Below, piece after piece: positions 51,832 to 64,000 of a stretch of DNA of 64,000 nt. A model generated the notes under the pieces. The model saw only the letters and a list, made by a program, of their open reading frames with translations, did not search any database and was not told the DNA's origin. The translations under genes and the position numbers were made by a program. The first letter of the stretch is position 1, and each line of letters starts with the position of its first letter. The stretch is from NCBI GenBank assembly GCA_028534125.1, contig CM052817.1, forward strand, positions 3,474,001 through 3,538,000, in the 5' to 3' direction. Source of the stretch: Lama glama. Taxonomy: Eukaryota.

Positions 51832-53299
51832 CAGCTGAGGGTCACACCGGCCTGAGACCCACATCCTCTGCTGCAGCCACTGTCTTTGTGAACAGAGCCC
51901 AGGGCACAGGGTCCCTGGTGGTTTCGGTTGTGGTCACCCACGGCCTCTACCAGGGAGTTTATCAGTGACGGCTGCAGAGTCCTAACAGGGCCCAGGGCTG
52001 GGAAGGTAAAGTCCTCTGTAAGAAACCACACCCTCATGATCCAGCACGATCCAGCCTGGGAAACACGAACAGGACGGAACTCACCAGGCAGCAAAGCCTC
52101 GGAGCAGAGCCCAGGGTCACCAACCTCTGCTCCGTTTCGACCTCAAGAACCAGGAAGGGAGAAGTGATTTGGCAGAATCAGGGGCAGATAATCACTTCTA
52201 ATTACCATCACTCCAGCCTCCGTGCTCCCCAGCAAATTAGAGTTTATCTTTCATTCCAGCTGACACCACGGATAGCTCCACATTACGTATCAAACAAATT
52301 ACAAATCCCCAGGAACAGCTCCTCATGGTAATTTGCTGGTAAAATATTTTTTGCAGAAGTAAAACCTGATTAGAACAAAGCTCTCCTGTGAACGCTTCTG
52401 CTTTCTTCCTCTAGAGCAGCTGAAATGTTAGGGCCACTGTCGGGGCCCAGCACCAGGGGACCAGGGCCCTTCCCAGGGAGCAGAAGTCTCCCCCCGACCA
52501 GGGACGATGATGCTCCCAGATACCCGAACGCACCTGGGGATACCATCCCCTCTGGCCCTGGGATCACCGCCATGGTCCAGAGCACTGAGACTCCGTGAGG
52601 TCAGGCCACTTGTCCAGTGTCCACACCTTGCAAGAGCTGGAGTCAAAATGAGATTCCAAGTTCAGCGTGGAGTCCAGGCTGCTTTCTGCAACCCGAGAGC
52701 TGCCATCCTGACCACAGACCAGAAGGCAGTAGGGCAGCCCTCAGCCCCGGACACTGGGCCAGGAACAGTGTCCATCTTCCCAGAGCAGTTCAACCAGACA
52801 GATTAAGGAAGCATCAGGCTGTTAACCCTCTTTGACAAATACTTGGACTTTAATCTTCAAAGACAAAGAAATCAAAGAGCTGTTTCTTTTCCCTTTCACT
52901 CCCTTTGCTGACATCCGAAAGGGCAAAGCAGTCTTTTCAGGGCTTCTCACTCACAAACCTGCTTTCTACTTCACAGGGAGGAAACAGCATGCAAAGGGCT
53001 TGACCCACTGCCAGGTTCAGGTCTTGTCCAGAGACCAGTCGGGCACTGGCCAGCTCCTAGAAGGCCATCCTCACTGAGTCCCTTCCCCAGGTCCTCTCTA
53101 CCAGCCAGCCCACAGGAGGACAGCAGCGTGGGGCTGACCTGCATCTCCGGGAGGGCACGGGGGTCCGGAGGATTCCGAATGGGAAAGGGAAACCCCCAGG
53201 GAAGCCGTCCAGACAGACAGGAGGAGCAGCCCGGCTCCGGGAGGGTCACTCGGTCCGGGCCTTGGGGGCTCCAGTTAGGCATGCTGTACCAGCAGGCCC

Positions 53300-54060
53300 G
53301 CTATTCTTGGCAGACGGCTTCCCCTGCCCAAACGAGGTCGGGGCACCTCGCGGCCACAGTCCTGCCACGGTCCCTTGTCGCCGGCCTCTGTCCCCTCTGG
53401 GAAGCCCAGACGCTGGGGCTGTGTCCGTGTGGGGCCTCGCCGGTGGGGAGAGAAGGCTCCCTTCCACTGACTGCAGGTTGAGCACGAGATGCCCCACAGG
53501 GAGTGGGGGCTGGGGTGCCGAGGCCCAGAGGGGACGGGCGAAAGGAGGGACACGACGCCCAGAGACACTCTGCGGGAGGAAACGGAGAGAATGACCAGAA
53601 GGCACCTGCGAGGATGGGGGGTGGGGGCAGCGAGGCCCGGCTCCCTGCGAACCCAGCGCGGAGAGCGCGCGCGGGCTGCGGCCGGGGGAGCGGTGGACGG
53701 TCCGCCCCGCCCGCTCGGCTCCCGCCGGGAGGTGTGGGCCCCGCACGCGGGACGGGCTGCGGAAGAAGGAAGCCCCGCGCTGGTCCAGGGAGGAGCTGGC
53801 TTCAAATGCTGGCTCCACGCGGGACAGCAGCGCTCACCCTCCTCACCACGCCGCCTCCTGACGCCAACACCTGGCGACACGCGCCCCTCCCCGACTCGAG
53901 CTCCCCCACCCCACGGCGCACGCGTGGACGCACAAGCACACGCGCGCGGCACGCACGCACGCTCAGCCCCCCTCGCTCAGAGCACCACCAAGCTGTTCTG
54001 GGCGCACAGCGCCGCTCTGTGGCCCAGAGAAGAACCGCCTGCGCTGATGCCTCTCGGACC
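53300..54060. promoter_or_regulatory. CpG island; candidate promoter or first exon
   Basis: Very high GC and CpG density, GC boxes (ccgccccgcccg ~53702-53713), gcgcgcgcg runs, cacgcacgc repeats, no TEs recognised. Confidence 0.8.
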
Positions 54061-54685
54061 CCAGCTCTTCCCCTGTCTGCGTTGTGGTCATATATATCTT
54101 ATTTCTTTAAAAAAAAAAAAAAACTAACTCAGTCTGGATTTGGTTTTATGCACAGCAAAGAACATCGCCAGCAGCATCCAAAGCCCTCGGTAGTACCCAG
54201 GGATCCCCTTCGGATCCCTCCTAAGGCCTCCCTCTCCCTCCACCACCTCTTCTAATTAAATCTGTTCTTCCTCAAGCGCCAGTTTCCAATATTAATAAAA
54301 TCATGGTTTACTCTTTTGAGTACGCGTGGGCCATTGAACAGTCGTGTTACAGTAATTTCATTTTGCCTCTGCAAACGCAGCCTCTTCATTCCCACCATGA
54401 GCTAAACAGAATCTTGTCTCTCTTGCCACTGCTTCAGAAAAAGCATTGTTTCTGAAAGAAAGTGCATTTCACATTTCAGATGACAGACACTCCATCACAC
54501 CCTTGGTCCACAACCCATTAGTAACTAAAACTCCTGCACGTTTCAGCACTATGTTCTTTCACTTGTGTTCTCTAATTTAGAAGCAAAAGAGACCCCTCAA
54601 AAAAAAATCACATTTCAGGTGGATCATGGCACAAATCTTAGAGAAATGCAGCTCAACAAAAGCTACCGTGATGGGGGGTTGGTCA

Positions 54686-54832
54686 GGGGAGGGTATAGCT
54701 CAGTGGTAGAGTGTATGCTTAGCATGCATGCACAAGGTCCTGGGTTCAATCCCTGGCACCTCCACTTTTAAAAATTAAATAAATGAATAAAACTAATTCT
54801 CACCCTGTGCGAAAAGAAAAAAGAAAAAAAAA
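54686..54832 (+). mobile_element. tRNA-Ala-derived SINE (camelid vic-1-like)
   Basis: ggggagggtatagctcagtggtagag; A box 54696-54706, B box ggttcaatccc 54743-54753, AGC anticodon-like loop, A-rich tail; degraded TSD aaaagctaccgtgatgg / aaaagtccatgatgg. Confidence 0.85.
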
Positions 54833-54919
54833 GTCCATGATGGAGCAAGTAAAGGAAAAGGAGGGACCACAACTCCCCTCCCCTGGACCCAGAGTCCTGC
54901 TGCTTCCAAAGACCTTTCT

Positions 54920-55040
54920 TACGCATCACCCCTCGCAGCAGCCCCTGGACGGATATTACTACTCCCACTTTACAGATGCGGCACTAGAGGCTCAGAGAGA
55001 CCGAGCCACAAGCCTGACCAAACACTCCAGGACACAGAAT
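54920..55040 (-). mobile_element. MIR SINE
   Basis: tattactactcccactttacagatgcggcactagaggctcagaga. Confidence 0.8.
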
Positions 55041-55879
55041 CATGCCCACTCTCCTCACAGGGCATCCATGACACCCGGCCGAATACCTGGTCTGCAGGGG
55101 GGACTCAATAAAATTGCTGAATAAATACATGGATAATTGAAAACAGAAAACTGTCCACGCCAGAGTCAGACCCCAGTCCTGGGTCTCCAGGGTTCACTCC
55201 CCTTGCCCCCTGGCTGCATCTCTGTTGAGATGGACGTGGGTGGGGTCCCATCAGAGGAAAGGCTGGGGCCACTGTTGACTCCTGTGAGTCAAGAGGGTTC
55301 TCTTCTGAAAAGGAGCTTGTGGGCACGACAGGAAAGCCACCAGAAGAGTGAGGCCTTTTTTCTAGCCAGATAAAAATTGTTTTAAGCAGGAATCCCTGTG
55401 TATGATGAGGTTTCACTGGGCCTTTTGAAAAGGCATCTATTTTTACTGCAATCAATTGTGTTAAAGTGGGATTTACTAAAGAAGAGGGAAATTGCCCACG
55501 TTATCTACTGCTTGTCAGAAACCACATTTCTATTTCCGTTCACGGCTGGACTCGAGGCCCCAAACTCCTCCTGCACCTCCGCTGGTGGCTAAAAATAGCT
55601 GATTGCAAAGGAACAGCCAGGCAGAGGCCAGTGTCGTCAGATGACTGAACCGGAGCTCGGGGCCCCACCTGCCCCATCCAACTCCCCAAAGGCTCCAGGT
55701 CTCCATCTAGAAAGTGACAGCTGTTCTCATGCCTGGGAGATGTGAGGCTGCGTCAGAAAGTTAAAACCACAGCTAACAAGCTGCTCACAATGACTAACTG
55801 TTGGGTGGACACATTGAGAGGGCTGAGAACATAGGCTCCAATCCCCCCCTCAACCCCCTGGCCTCTTTTCTCAGCCCTT

Positions 55880-56100
55880 TAATCACTCCACTCCCCCTAC
55901 TCCTCAGGTCTTCACACAGAGTGATGCATTCCTGCCCCAGGGCCTTTGCACTTGCTCCTTGCCTGAGTGCTTCAGCCCCAGATACCCCATGGCTCATTTC
56001 CTCACTTTCCGGCAGTGAGAGCTCCTCTGGCCACCCTCCCCTTCCTCCTCCTCTGCCCCCATCCATCTTATTTTCTCCATTGCACATTACACATCCTCAC
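55880..56100 (+). mobile_element. L2 fragment
   Basis: ttcctgccccagggcctttgcacttgctcctt...ccccagataccccatggctcatttcctcacttt. Confidence 0.8.
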
Positions 56101-57679
56101 ATGGGAGAATGCACGTCCATGTGTGTGAGCGCACGTGGGCATGTGCTTACTCACTTCTGTGTGTGCAGCGTGCCCCTCCCCACAAGGACGTGGGCAGAGA
56201 GGGCTTCTCAGCTATTTGGTTTCCGGCTTTGGTGTGGCACCTACAGCTGCGTGTGCACACAGCGGTGCTCGGCTAGACTCGCAGGCGTGTGCGCACCCTC
56301 TCAGGGACTGGCCGTGCTTACAGCTGGTGCCTCACAGGGGCTCATGCCTGTCTGCAAATCAAGTTTCAGCACTAGCAACGTGACCACAAGGGTTCGCCCA
56401 CCCTGAGAAGCTGCCCTTAGAATCCAGGCATGAGTGACTCACCTTTGCTGTGAACTCCAAGTGTCTGCACCCCTGAGCACTCATCAGCATGGCCCTGACG
56501 GAACCCGAGGGGCACAGTCAGTCCCTGTGCCCTACCAGGGCCTGACCTCTCAACTGACGCCGATGGCACTGGGGGCTCACACAGGGGCTCACCACCACCC
56601 TCCCCAGAGAGCTGTCCCCTCGGGGGCCTGGCCACCCAAACACTTCCCTCTACGAGGCACAGGCTCTGAGGCCAAGGGGACCACGACAGGACCTTCTGTG
56701 CAACCTTGGGCAAGCGGTCACAGCTCTCTCACTCTGCTCAGCCCATCTCCAGGGGTAAACTCCCCACCACTGTCTCCACAAGCCTAAGCCCTCTCTCCTG
56801 CGAGCAGCCACTGCCCCGAGCATGGCCCCTGACCTGTGGCTTCCATGGTCAGGCCACCTCGTAGGCCGCAGCCTGGGAAGCCCCTCATCAGGTAGCTGGA
56901 GGCGCGGCCAGCCACACCGACAGCACCCAGAGTTCAGCAAGTATGAACTGTGTGCCAGGCACCCTGGGAACCAGACACGGGCCCCTGCCTGGAGGAGGTG
57001 CCTGGGGGACAGATCATAAGGGACAACGGCCCAAGGTGCCCCCTGGACCTCAAAGCCCTTGGCTGAGGTGGAGCTGGGGTCCCCTCAAGCTCCGGAAGCC
57101 CCCAGGGGCCGCACAGCCACCCTGCCGCCCGGGGATGGCCCGAGCAGTCACCAGGCAGGGTCATCGGGATGAGCACACCTGGGAGCCCTGGGACCGGCAG
57201 CCCTCCGAGGGCACAGGATGTAGTTCAAAGTCATGCTTTCTTCCTAAAAACAAGATGGACAGGCTGGCAGTGGCTGGCAGCTTCCCGGGGAGCTCAGCGC
57301 CTCTCTGCAGCAGCAAATCAAGCCGCCGGCGGAGGGCGGGGGAAGCGGCGTCCCTGCGGCAGCGAAGCCAGCTCTGCCGCCCTCGCCCCCCTCCCCCAGC
57401 TACCTGAAATCGGTTCGAGCTATCAAAGGAGTAGATACGTCTGAGGCTGATGGACAAACCTGCCACTTCAGTGACAGGCCAAACCATGGGCCACCTTTAA
57501 GTCGCCATCCCAGATCCCCAGCACCAGGGGAGACAAGGCAGCAAGGTTGGGGGATGTGGGAGAGGCCAGTCCAGCATCCCTGCACTCTCTTCCTCTAACA
57601 CAGGATGGCACTTGGCCCACACCAGATGTTTGGGCTTTGTGGCTCTCTCCCACCTCCTTCCATCCTGTCCCCCCAGGTC

Positions 57680-57900
57680 CAACTGCCCCATTTTACAGAT
57701 GAGGAAACCGAGGCCTAAGAAGGGGACAGGACAGTGTATGACACATGCACTCTCAGAATATTCATAACCACCCTCTGACGTGTGCATGGTAATGACATCC
57801 ATTTTACAGATGGGAAAACCGAGGCAGGAACACCAGGCAGGAACTTGCCTGAGGCCCCAGCAAGCAGAGGCTGGGACAGGACTCAAACACAGGACGGATG
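57680..57900 (-). mobile_element. Two tandem MIR cores
   Basis: cccattttacagatgaggaaaccgaggc (~57686) and tccattttacagatgggaaaaccgaggc (~57798). Confidence 0.9.
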
Positions 57901-58384
57901 ACAAGAGAGCCGAGCTCTGACTAACCTAGAAGGTGCCTCATGGTGTAAAAGGAGGGGCCTTTCCAATACTGCCTGGGGACCTTATGACACTCCGTCTGAG
58001 AAGTGCTCCGCCAACCTCCTTCCAGAGTCTTCCTCTGTGCTCTGGGCTGCGAGGGATGTGCTCCTCGCCAACGCCGGGTCCGGGCTGCAGGTGTGAGGGT
58101 GCAGCAATCTGCCAGGGCTGCAGGGACACACTGAGGGCCTCTGTCCGCTGTGGAGGCGGAAGATACGTTCACCCGGACGTGCTCCCAGGGCTCCTGACCT
58201 GCAGATTAAACCTGCACAGGTGGGGTGGCCCCTGGACCGCCCCTCCAGCTCTCTGGGCTGGTCTACACCTCTCCCTGCCTCAGCACGGTCCCAGGCCTTT
58301 GCCTCACTCTTCCTACTGCCTGGGGTGCCTCCCTCCTGCAGACCCTGGGGTGGAACCACACCTGTCTCCTGCCTGTCCACCTCC

Positions 58385-58520
58385 ACTGCCAGCAGTGGTT
58401 AAATGTGCAGACCCCTGGTTCAAACCCCAGTCCTGCCACTCAGATGTGTAACCGACCCACTCAGCAACTCACACTCTACCTGTAAACAGGTGGTGATACC
58501 TCTGCTCTGAAGATGGACTG
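58385..58520 (+). mobile_element. MIR SINE
   Basis: gcagtggttaa...ctggttcaaaccccagtcctgccact...cctgtaaa. Confidence 0.7.
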
Positions 58521-61500
58521 ACCTGAACCACGGGAGCCCCAGAGCGGCGCCTGGCAGAGCGGCGGTGAGGTTGGGTGATGGTTACCGTAGTGCTGCACCC
58601 ATCACTCCAACTGCCCCACCATGCCTCGCCATGGCCAAGAGCCGTGTCCCTGTGGGACCCCACACTCCCCAGGGGAAGGACATGCACAGCTTTGCTCAGC
58701 TTTGACCTTGACACCTGGCGCTCAGCCCTGCTGGTGCTTAACATTCCATTAAGTGGAATTAAACTGAGCACCCAGGGCTTGCCCACGCATCCCTCCCAAG
58801 GATGGGGGCCCACGGCACCCCCCCGCCCCGGGGGGACCTACGGCGGCCCCTGGCAGGAGGGAGGAAGGGCAGGCGTCTGCACAGCACGGTGCCTCTCACT
58901 GAACCGGTAGCACCTGGAGCGGCGGGAACCCCACCGCGTGCAAAGCCTGGCTGGCCACCAAGGGCTCGATTGAAATGTTGGATGTCGGAGCCGAGCAGGA
59001 GTCTAAAGGTCACGGACCACAAGGATTGGCAGGGAAGCAAATTAAGAGCTCGGTACCAGAACCCAAGGGGGGCTTCAGAGATAATGAAAAGAATAAACTC
59101 GCCATCCTGGGTGGTGTGGGGACTGACATAATGAGGCTGCGCACCTCGTCTCGCTTGCTAACGTGGGCTCTCTGGTGACCAAGCCCCAGGCTCAGGGCCC
59201 CAGGGCCTGGATGCCCCAGGACGCTCTCCTGGGAAGAGGCACCTCGCAGACTCCGACCGCAGCAGACTCCCAGGGGCGGAGGCCGCAGCATCATCAAGGG
59301 TCACATCTTCCTCCCACCTGTCCCTCCTCCTCCTCACCAGTCCTGCCGGACCCCAGGCCTCCTCCGTGCCGTCTCCCAGGCTATTCCCACAGCCCCCATG
59401 GGTCCCCAGAGGCCTGCAGCGTGCCCTGCTGATGCCTCCCCGCGCTCTGCTCCAGGGCCGCGCAGGACAGGGCATCCTCCCGCCACCCTCTCCAAGCCCT
59501 CCATGGCCCCTGCCGCCCGAGCACAGCTTCTTAAACTTTAAAGCGCTTCCGTCACAAGGACCTCACCTGTGCAGGGCGGGGCTGGGCCGAGTGTCCACAT
59601 CGCTAACGGCAACTACGTGATGCTGTGCAGTGGCTCCAAGGACCCTTCCGCGAGGAGCGGGGAATACATCCACGTGTCCCAGCCCTCCACAGTCCAGCCC
59701 GAGCCCCGCTCCGCCTCGCCCCCCACCCACAGGCCCCACAGGCCCCACTCTGCCAGCCGGGGTCTCTCCCAACCCCAAGGCACCTGGCATGTCTCCTTAT
59801 CCCTGCCCACGATGCGCCCCCAGCTGGAAGCACCTTCCCTGCTGCCCCCCACCCCGAACCATGGGAGTCATGCTCATTAAGGTGCAAAGGCCTCAAAGAT
59901 CCTTCCCCTAGAAAGAAGGACCTTCTCCTTCGTCTGTGTTCCCACTAGGTGCTGCCTCGCCCCTTCTGCAGGACAGTCTGTCTTCTGCCCTGTTACTTTT
60001 CCTAGTCTCAGACTCCCAGCATCCATGTTTGTCGTTCAGCCTCCAGAACGTGGTACTCGGTATGGCAGTCCCGGCAAAGTCGTGCACGGACCTACAAGTG
60101 CCAGCCCCTCAGGCCCCTTCTCTCCACACTCCCTGGCATCTCCAAGGCCCCCAGTCACCCTGCCTCCCAGCTGGACTGTGAGCCCCAGAGAAAGAGAAAA
60201 CTACCTTTCATGTCCCCTCCCGAGACCCCCCCACAACGAGCCCGTCGCCCCCTCAAGGGGGGAACTATCTTAGTTTGGGCAAATCCCTGGACAGCAGGTT
60301 TTGGAAGCTGGGGCAAGACATCACGGTGACAAAGGATGGTGAAAGCACTCCGCACGGGGGCCCAAGGGGCTTGTGCTGCTGCTGGGGTCCAGGGAGAAGA
60401 CAGAGGATGGAGAGGGGAAAGGCGGGGCGGCGGAGGGAGGTGGGGGTGGGGGCAGCAGGACCACAAGAGGCTGGAACCAGCTCCTGGGGTGACACAGACT
60501 CTGCCCCCACGGTCATGCTACCAAGAGAGGGACCCGGCTTCCGACCTAAGCATGTTCCATAGACTGACACCACCTCCCACCAGTAAGGTCCACCGCGCCC
60601 CCAAGGCCCCATGGAACAACTCCTAGAAAACTGTAGTTTTTCATCCCAGTTCATGTCGAGGGGGAGCAGAGCCCGAGCACAGGGAGCAGGAACCCAGAGC
60701 CCTCGGTGGCCAGAGCACCAGGCAGCCCCAACATTCACAGACATCACCAGAGGTCACCAGCCTGCAAGGCGCGGGCTCAGTGGTCTGAGGCCCTCTCATC
60801 TAGACGTCAGGAGGCAGGGAAGCTGGCATGTGGGTCACACCTCAGGACTGCTGAGCTGACAGGGGCCCTGACGGCCAGTGTCCCGAGTGTGCACGAGTGT
60901 GCCCGGGCAGCAGGGGCGTGTGCAGACAGCCCGGCTCATCCCAGCCGGCCACCACTATGGCACCAGCACGGAGCCCGGCCCTCTTCCACAGGCAGAACTA
61001 ACTTGCTAGCAAAGGGCGTCATTCAATTAAGATGCTCATGATCTTGGCAATAAGGTGGCCCAGAACTGAGAACACAAAAACAGGAAAAGCCCATGGCCCG
61101 GCACTTTCAGGGGGTCCTCAAAGATGCAGCACAGGTGTGTCACCCCCATCACCCCAAAACAGAGCAGGGCCTGGCCACGAACCCTTGACTGGCGAGATGA
61201 GAACCCCTCCCACGGTGGGGCCACTGTGTCATACCCTGAATGGTAACACTGTGCAGGAGGTGGCCTGTGAAAGCAGGGACAGACGGCGGTCTGAATTAGT
61301 GGGTCTCAGGGGATGGGCCCTCGCTTCCTTTATCTTGCAGGCTGTCAGAGCGCCTGCAGAACCCCAGCCCTGCGCCCTCCAACTGTTGGGAATAAATCCC
61401 GCTGTAAATACCCCTTCCTGGCCCGCCACAGATGTCAGGACTTAGCCCTTCAGAAAACAGGATGGCACCAGCCACACCTATGGGGCACCTTCAACACAGC

Positions 61501-61544
61501 TCTGTCACCTCCTACCCTGGGCCCCTTGGCTGGAGGGACACATG

Positions 61545-61720
61545 GGGGCTGAGCAAGGCCAGGTTTGGGGTCAGAGGGACTCAGGTTCAAATCCAGGCTA
61601 TGCGCCTCAGGATTTGTGACCTCAGGCCTTGTGACCTCAGGCCAGCGACATGGGCTCCCCTACCATCGGCCAGCAAGGAGGTGAGTGATGCCTGCCTCCC
61701 AGGGCTGGGAGCAGAGATGG
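61545..61720 (+). mobile_element. MIR SINE (degenerate)
   Basis: tttggggtcagagggactcaggttcaaatccaggct...tgtgacctcagg. Confidence 0.65.
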
Positions 61721-62509
61721 TCCTGCCTGCATAGTCCCGCTTCAGTGCACATTCCATGAGCAGGGACGTTAAAGATGCCGACCCTCCCGGCGTGGTGGGA
61801 AGCCACTGCAGAAGATCAGGGCCCGTGGGCTGCGGGGGCTGCATGAGGGCTTCAGACCTGCCACAGCCACGAGTTCTCACCCTGGTGGTTTGAAAACACA
61901 GCCCCAAACTCTGACTTTGCCCCCACTGAGAGGCGTGGCCTGTATTCCCTCCCCAGAACCGGAACACGTGGTGGTGGTGGAAGTGACACTTTGTTGACTC
62001 CCGACGCTGCATCCCCAAAGGCCATGGGGTCTCCACTTCCCTGCAGGAACGCTGTGCTGGAGCCCAGGCTGGCCACGTGAGCACTCCCACTGCTCTGAGA
62101 CCACCTGCCCAGAGGAAGTTCCGGCTGCTCCACAGGCACAGCACACGTGGAGAACCCAGGGAGCTCACAAAAAGGGGGCCATCTGCATGTCCCCTCAGGA
62201 CCTTCTCCAGCCCCCGGACTCTGGGATCTCAAGACAAGGCTGTCCCGCCCACAGACAGGCATCACAGCAGTGCCAGGGTGTCGGCTGCTTCCCAGGACCG
62301 GACCCAGTGCACGTGGTCCCAGCCTGGTAACTCCCAGACTGGCCAGGCCATGCTAGTTCAAACAACCAAGAAAGCAGAAAAACGGGAGGTTCCAGGAGGC
62401 CACACAGCAGACGTCCCCACTGTGTTGTGTCCGGCCAAAGGCTGCTGTCCGTATGCCTTTCAGTTCACTACATAGTAGTTCTCAGCCAAAAGCAGCACCA
62501 CACAAACAT

Positions 62510-62745
62510 GAAGATGCTTTGATCCCCGCATTCAAGAGCTCCTGGTCCTGCAGGCTAGACCCCGATGCCGAAGGACCATGATGGTGGTCAGTTAGGACCC
62601 AACGATGATAAAACTGTGCGGGCAGCAAAGCAACCCGTGGCAGTGTGAGCAACCTTTGTAACTCAGTCCAGGGGAGTCAGGAAAGGCTTCCTAGACAAGG
62701 CAATACCTCATTAGGGTTTTGAAGGATGAACAGGAGTCTGCCAAT
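62510..62745 (-). mobile_element. L2 fragment
   Basis: gcattcaagagctc...ggagtcaggaaaggcttcctag...ggttttgaaggatgaacaggagt. Confidence 0.7.
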
Positions 62746-63639
62746 GTATTCTGTATAACTGGATCGTAGTCTCACTACTTCCTCCTTCCTCCTTCCTCCC
62801 TCTTACCCTTCTCAAGCACTTTATGTGACATAACATTTGTAGTTCACTCCCCACAAGGTATAGGGAAGACCGGTCTGTTCACCACCATTTAGAGGAAACA
62901 CCCAAGCAAAGGTGTCAAATGTCTTCCCTAAATAAAATGCCGCTGATGAAGACAACGCACCGTGAGGCTCGGAATCCTCGGAGGGCCTCCACCTTCCGTG
63001 AGCTGGCGGGACAGGATCACAGCCTCAGGGTTGCCCTGAAGGGGGGGTGGGGGAGGGGAGGACAGACGGGATGACTTCCCCCAGCCAGGACCACCACAAT
63101 CATGAGGGGTGGGCAGAAGGAGGAGGTGACCAAAGCAGGAGACAAAAGGCAGGGTTTTTAAGACCAAAACAGACAGCTGCTTCATGCCTGCGGATGCAGC
63201 TTCCACCCGTCTGGGATCACAGCTCCGCCTACCACTCACCCCACCTTCATGACAAATTATCACAAAGTAATTCCGCATTCCCTGTTTGGTGCCTTAATGG
63301 TGCATTTGCCTCACACTCCAGGAGGATTCGGCTGGAGGAGGCAGATTTAGAGGAGAAAATTAAACGCTGTCAGGCCTGCCTTGCACAGCGTGCTCAGCCA
63401 GGCTCCAGGGGCCGCCCCAAGGATGCACCCTGCGAGGTTCCCAAACCACCTGGCCAGGGCCGAGCTTCTCAGGAGCTTCCGTCCTCCCAGAAGGTGGGTC
63501 TGACTCCAATTCCTGCCAGTGGTGCCTGGAGGGCCTGGAAACCAGCCCACCAGGCCACCGCAGCCTTCCCTAGCCAGCCTCAGGATCCCACCTCCTGTGG
63601 CAGCCACCCTCTCTTTGCACACCTCTGTTTATTTGCTGA

Positions 63640-63765
63640 TACAATTAATAACAAGAAGATGGAACAGCCACTGAGTTCCTACTCTGTGCCTGGGACGTAT
63701 CAGTAAATCCATTAAACAGATGAGAAAACTGAGGCCCAGAGAAATTACCCACCTCACAGCTGCTA
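63640..63765 (-). mobile_element. MIR SINE
   Basis: cactgagttcctactctgtgcc...ccattaaacagatgagaaaactgaggcccagaga. Confidence 0.85.
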
Positions 63766-63769
63766 ATGA

Positions 63770-63975
63770 ACATAGATTCTGGAGTGAAGCAGTCAGGTTC
63801 AAATTCCAGAATGATCACAGAGCTGTGTGACCTGGTCCAAGTTATTTAACTCCTCTGTGCCTCGGTTCTTCCATCTGCAAACGGGGTGAGAGCAGCACCC
63901 GCCTCACAGGACTGCAGGGCAGACTGAGTGAGTTCATCCACATGAAGTCTAGCACAGGCCCGGAACAACGAAGCA
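63770..63975 (+). mobile_element. MIR SINE
   Basis: ctggagt...ggttcaaattcc...ctgtgtgacctgg..caagttatttaac.cctctgtgcctcgg...catctg. Confidence 0.85.
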
Positions 63976-64000
63976 CTGGGTGAGTGTGTACTGGGGGTGG

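Noticed and set aside
52258..52279. REST/RE1-like site (gctgacaccacggatagctcc)
   Set aside because: The right half fits, but the TCAGCACC left half is broken; too weak to call.
54199..54219. 8-bp stem hairpin agggatcc-ccttc-ggatccct
   Set aside because: A short inverted repeat is expected by chance in 64 kb; no supporting context.
53246..54255. Overlapping 190-250 aa ORFs on both strands
   Set aside because: Rich in Arg/Pro/Gly/Ala and open in several frames at once, as expected from stop-codon depletion in a CpG island; no recognisable domain.
54686..54765. Possible tRNA-Ala(AGC) gene
   Set aside because: The insertion in the anticodon arm, poor acceptor stem, A-rich tail and TSD indicate a SINE.
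1..64000. CRISPR arrays, operons or other prokaryote-style systems; naming a host gene
   Set aside because: The sequence is mammalian non-coding DNA with no regularly spaced repeat-spacer array. I recognised no exon, so any gene symbol would be a guess.

Overview
This is GC-rich, CpG-retentive mammalian DNA. One tRNA-Ala-derived SINE at 54.7 kb matches my recollection of the camelid vic-1-type family, so camel/alpaca is the likely source. I found no supportable protein-coding gene: the ORF track is dominated by GC-rich, low-complexity, TE-derived or N-gap ORFs. The window looks like a very large intron or gene desert, and I cannot name a host gene. It is filled with ancient eutherian repeats: MIR, L2, L1M fragments, MLT1 solo LTRs, MER5A, MER20, MER53, MER102, MER104, Tigger2-type and hAT-Charlie elements. 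It also holds a CpG island (~53.3-54.05 kb), smaller CpG patches, several TE-free, homeodomain-motif-rich blocks that look like enhancers, L2-seeded microsatellites and a 500-N gap. The most unusual observations are (1) a ~50-bp segment that appears copied from 1.7 kb away into an MLT1A LTR, (2) an orphan CpG-dense patch at 24.25-24.53 kb with ETS+NRF1 motifs and coding-like frames, and (3) an internally duplicated MER53 palindrome. I see no evidence for a novel multi-gene system. Repeat names come from recalled consensus sequences, and boundaries are approximate unless stated.
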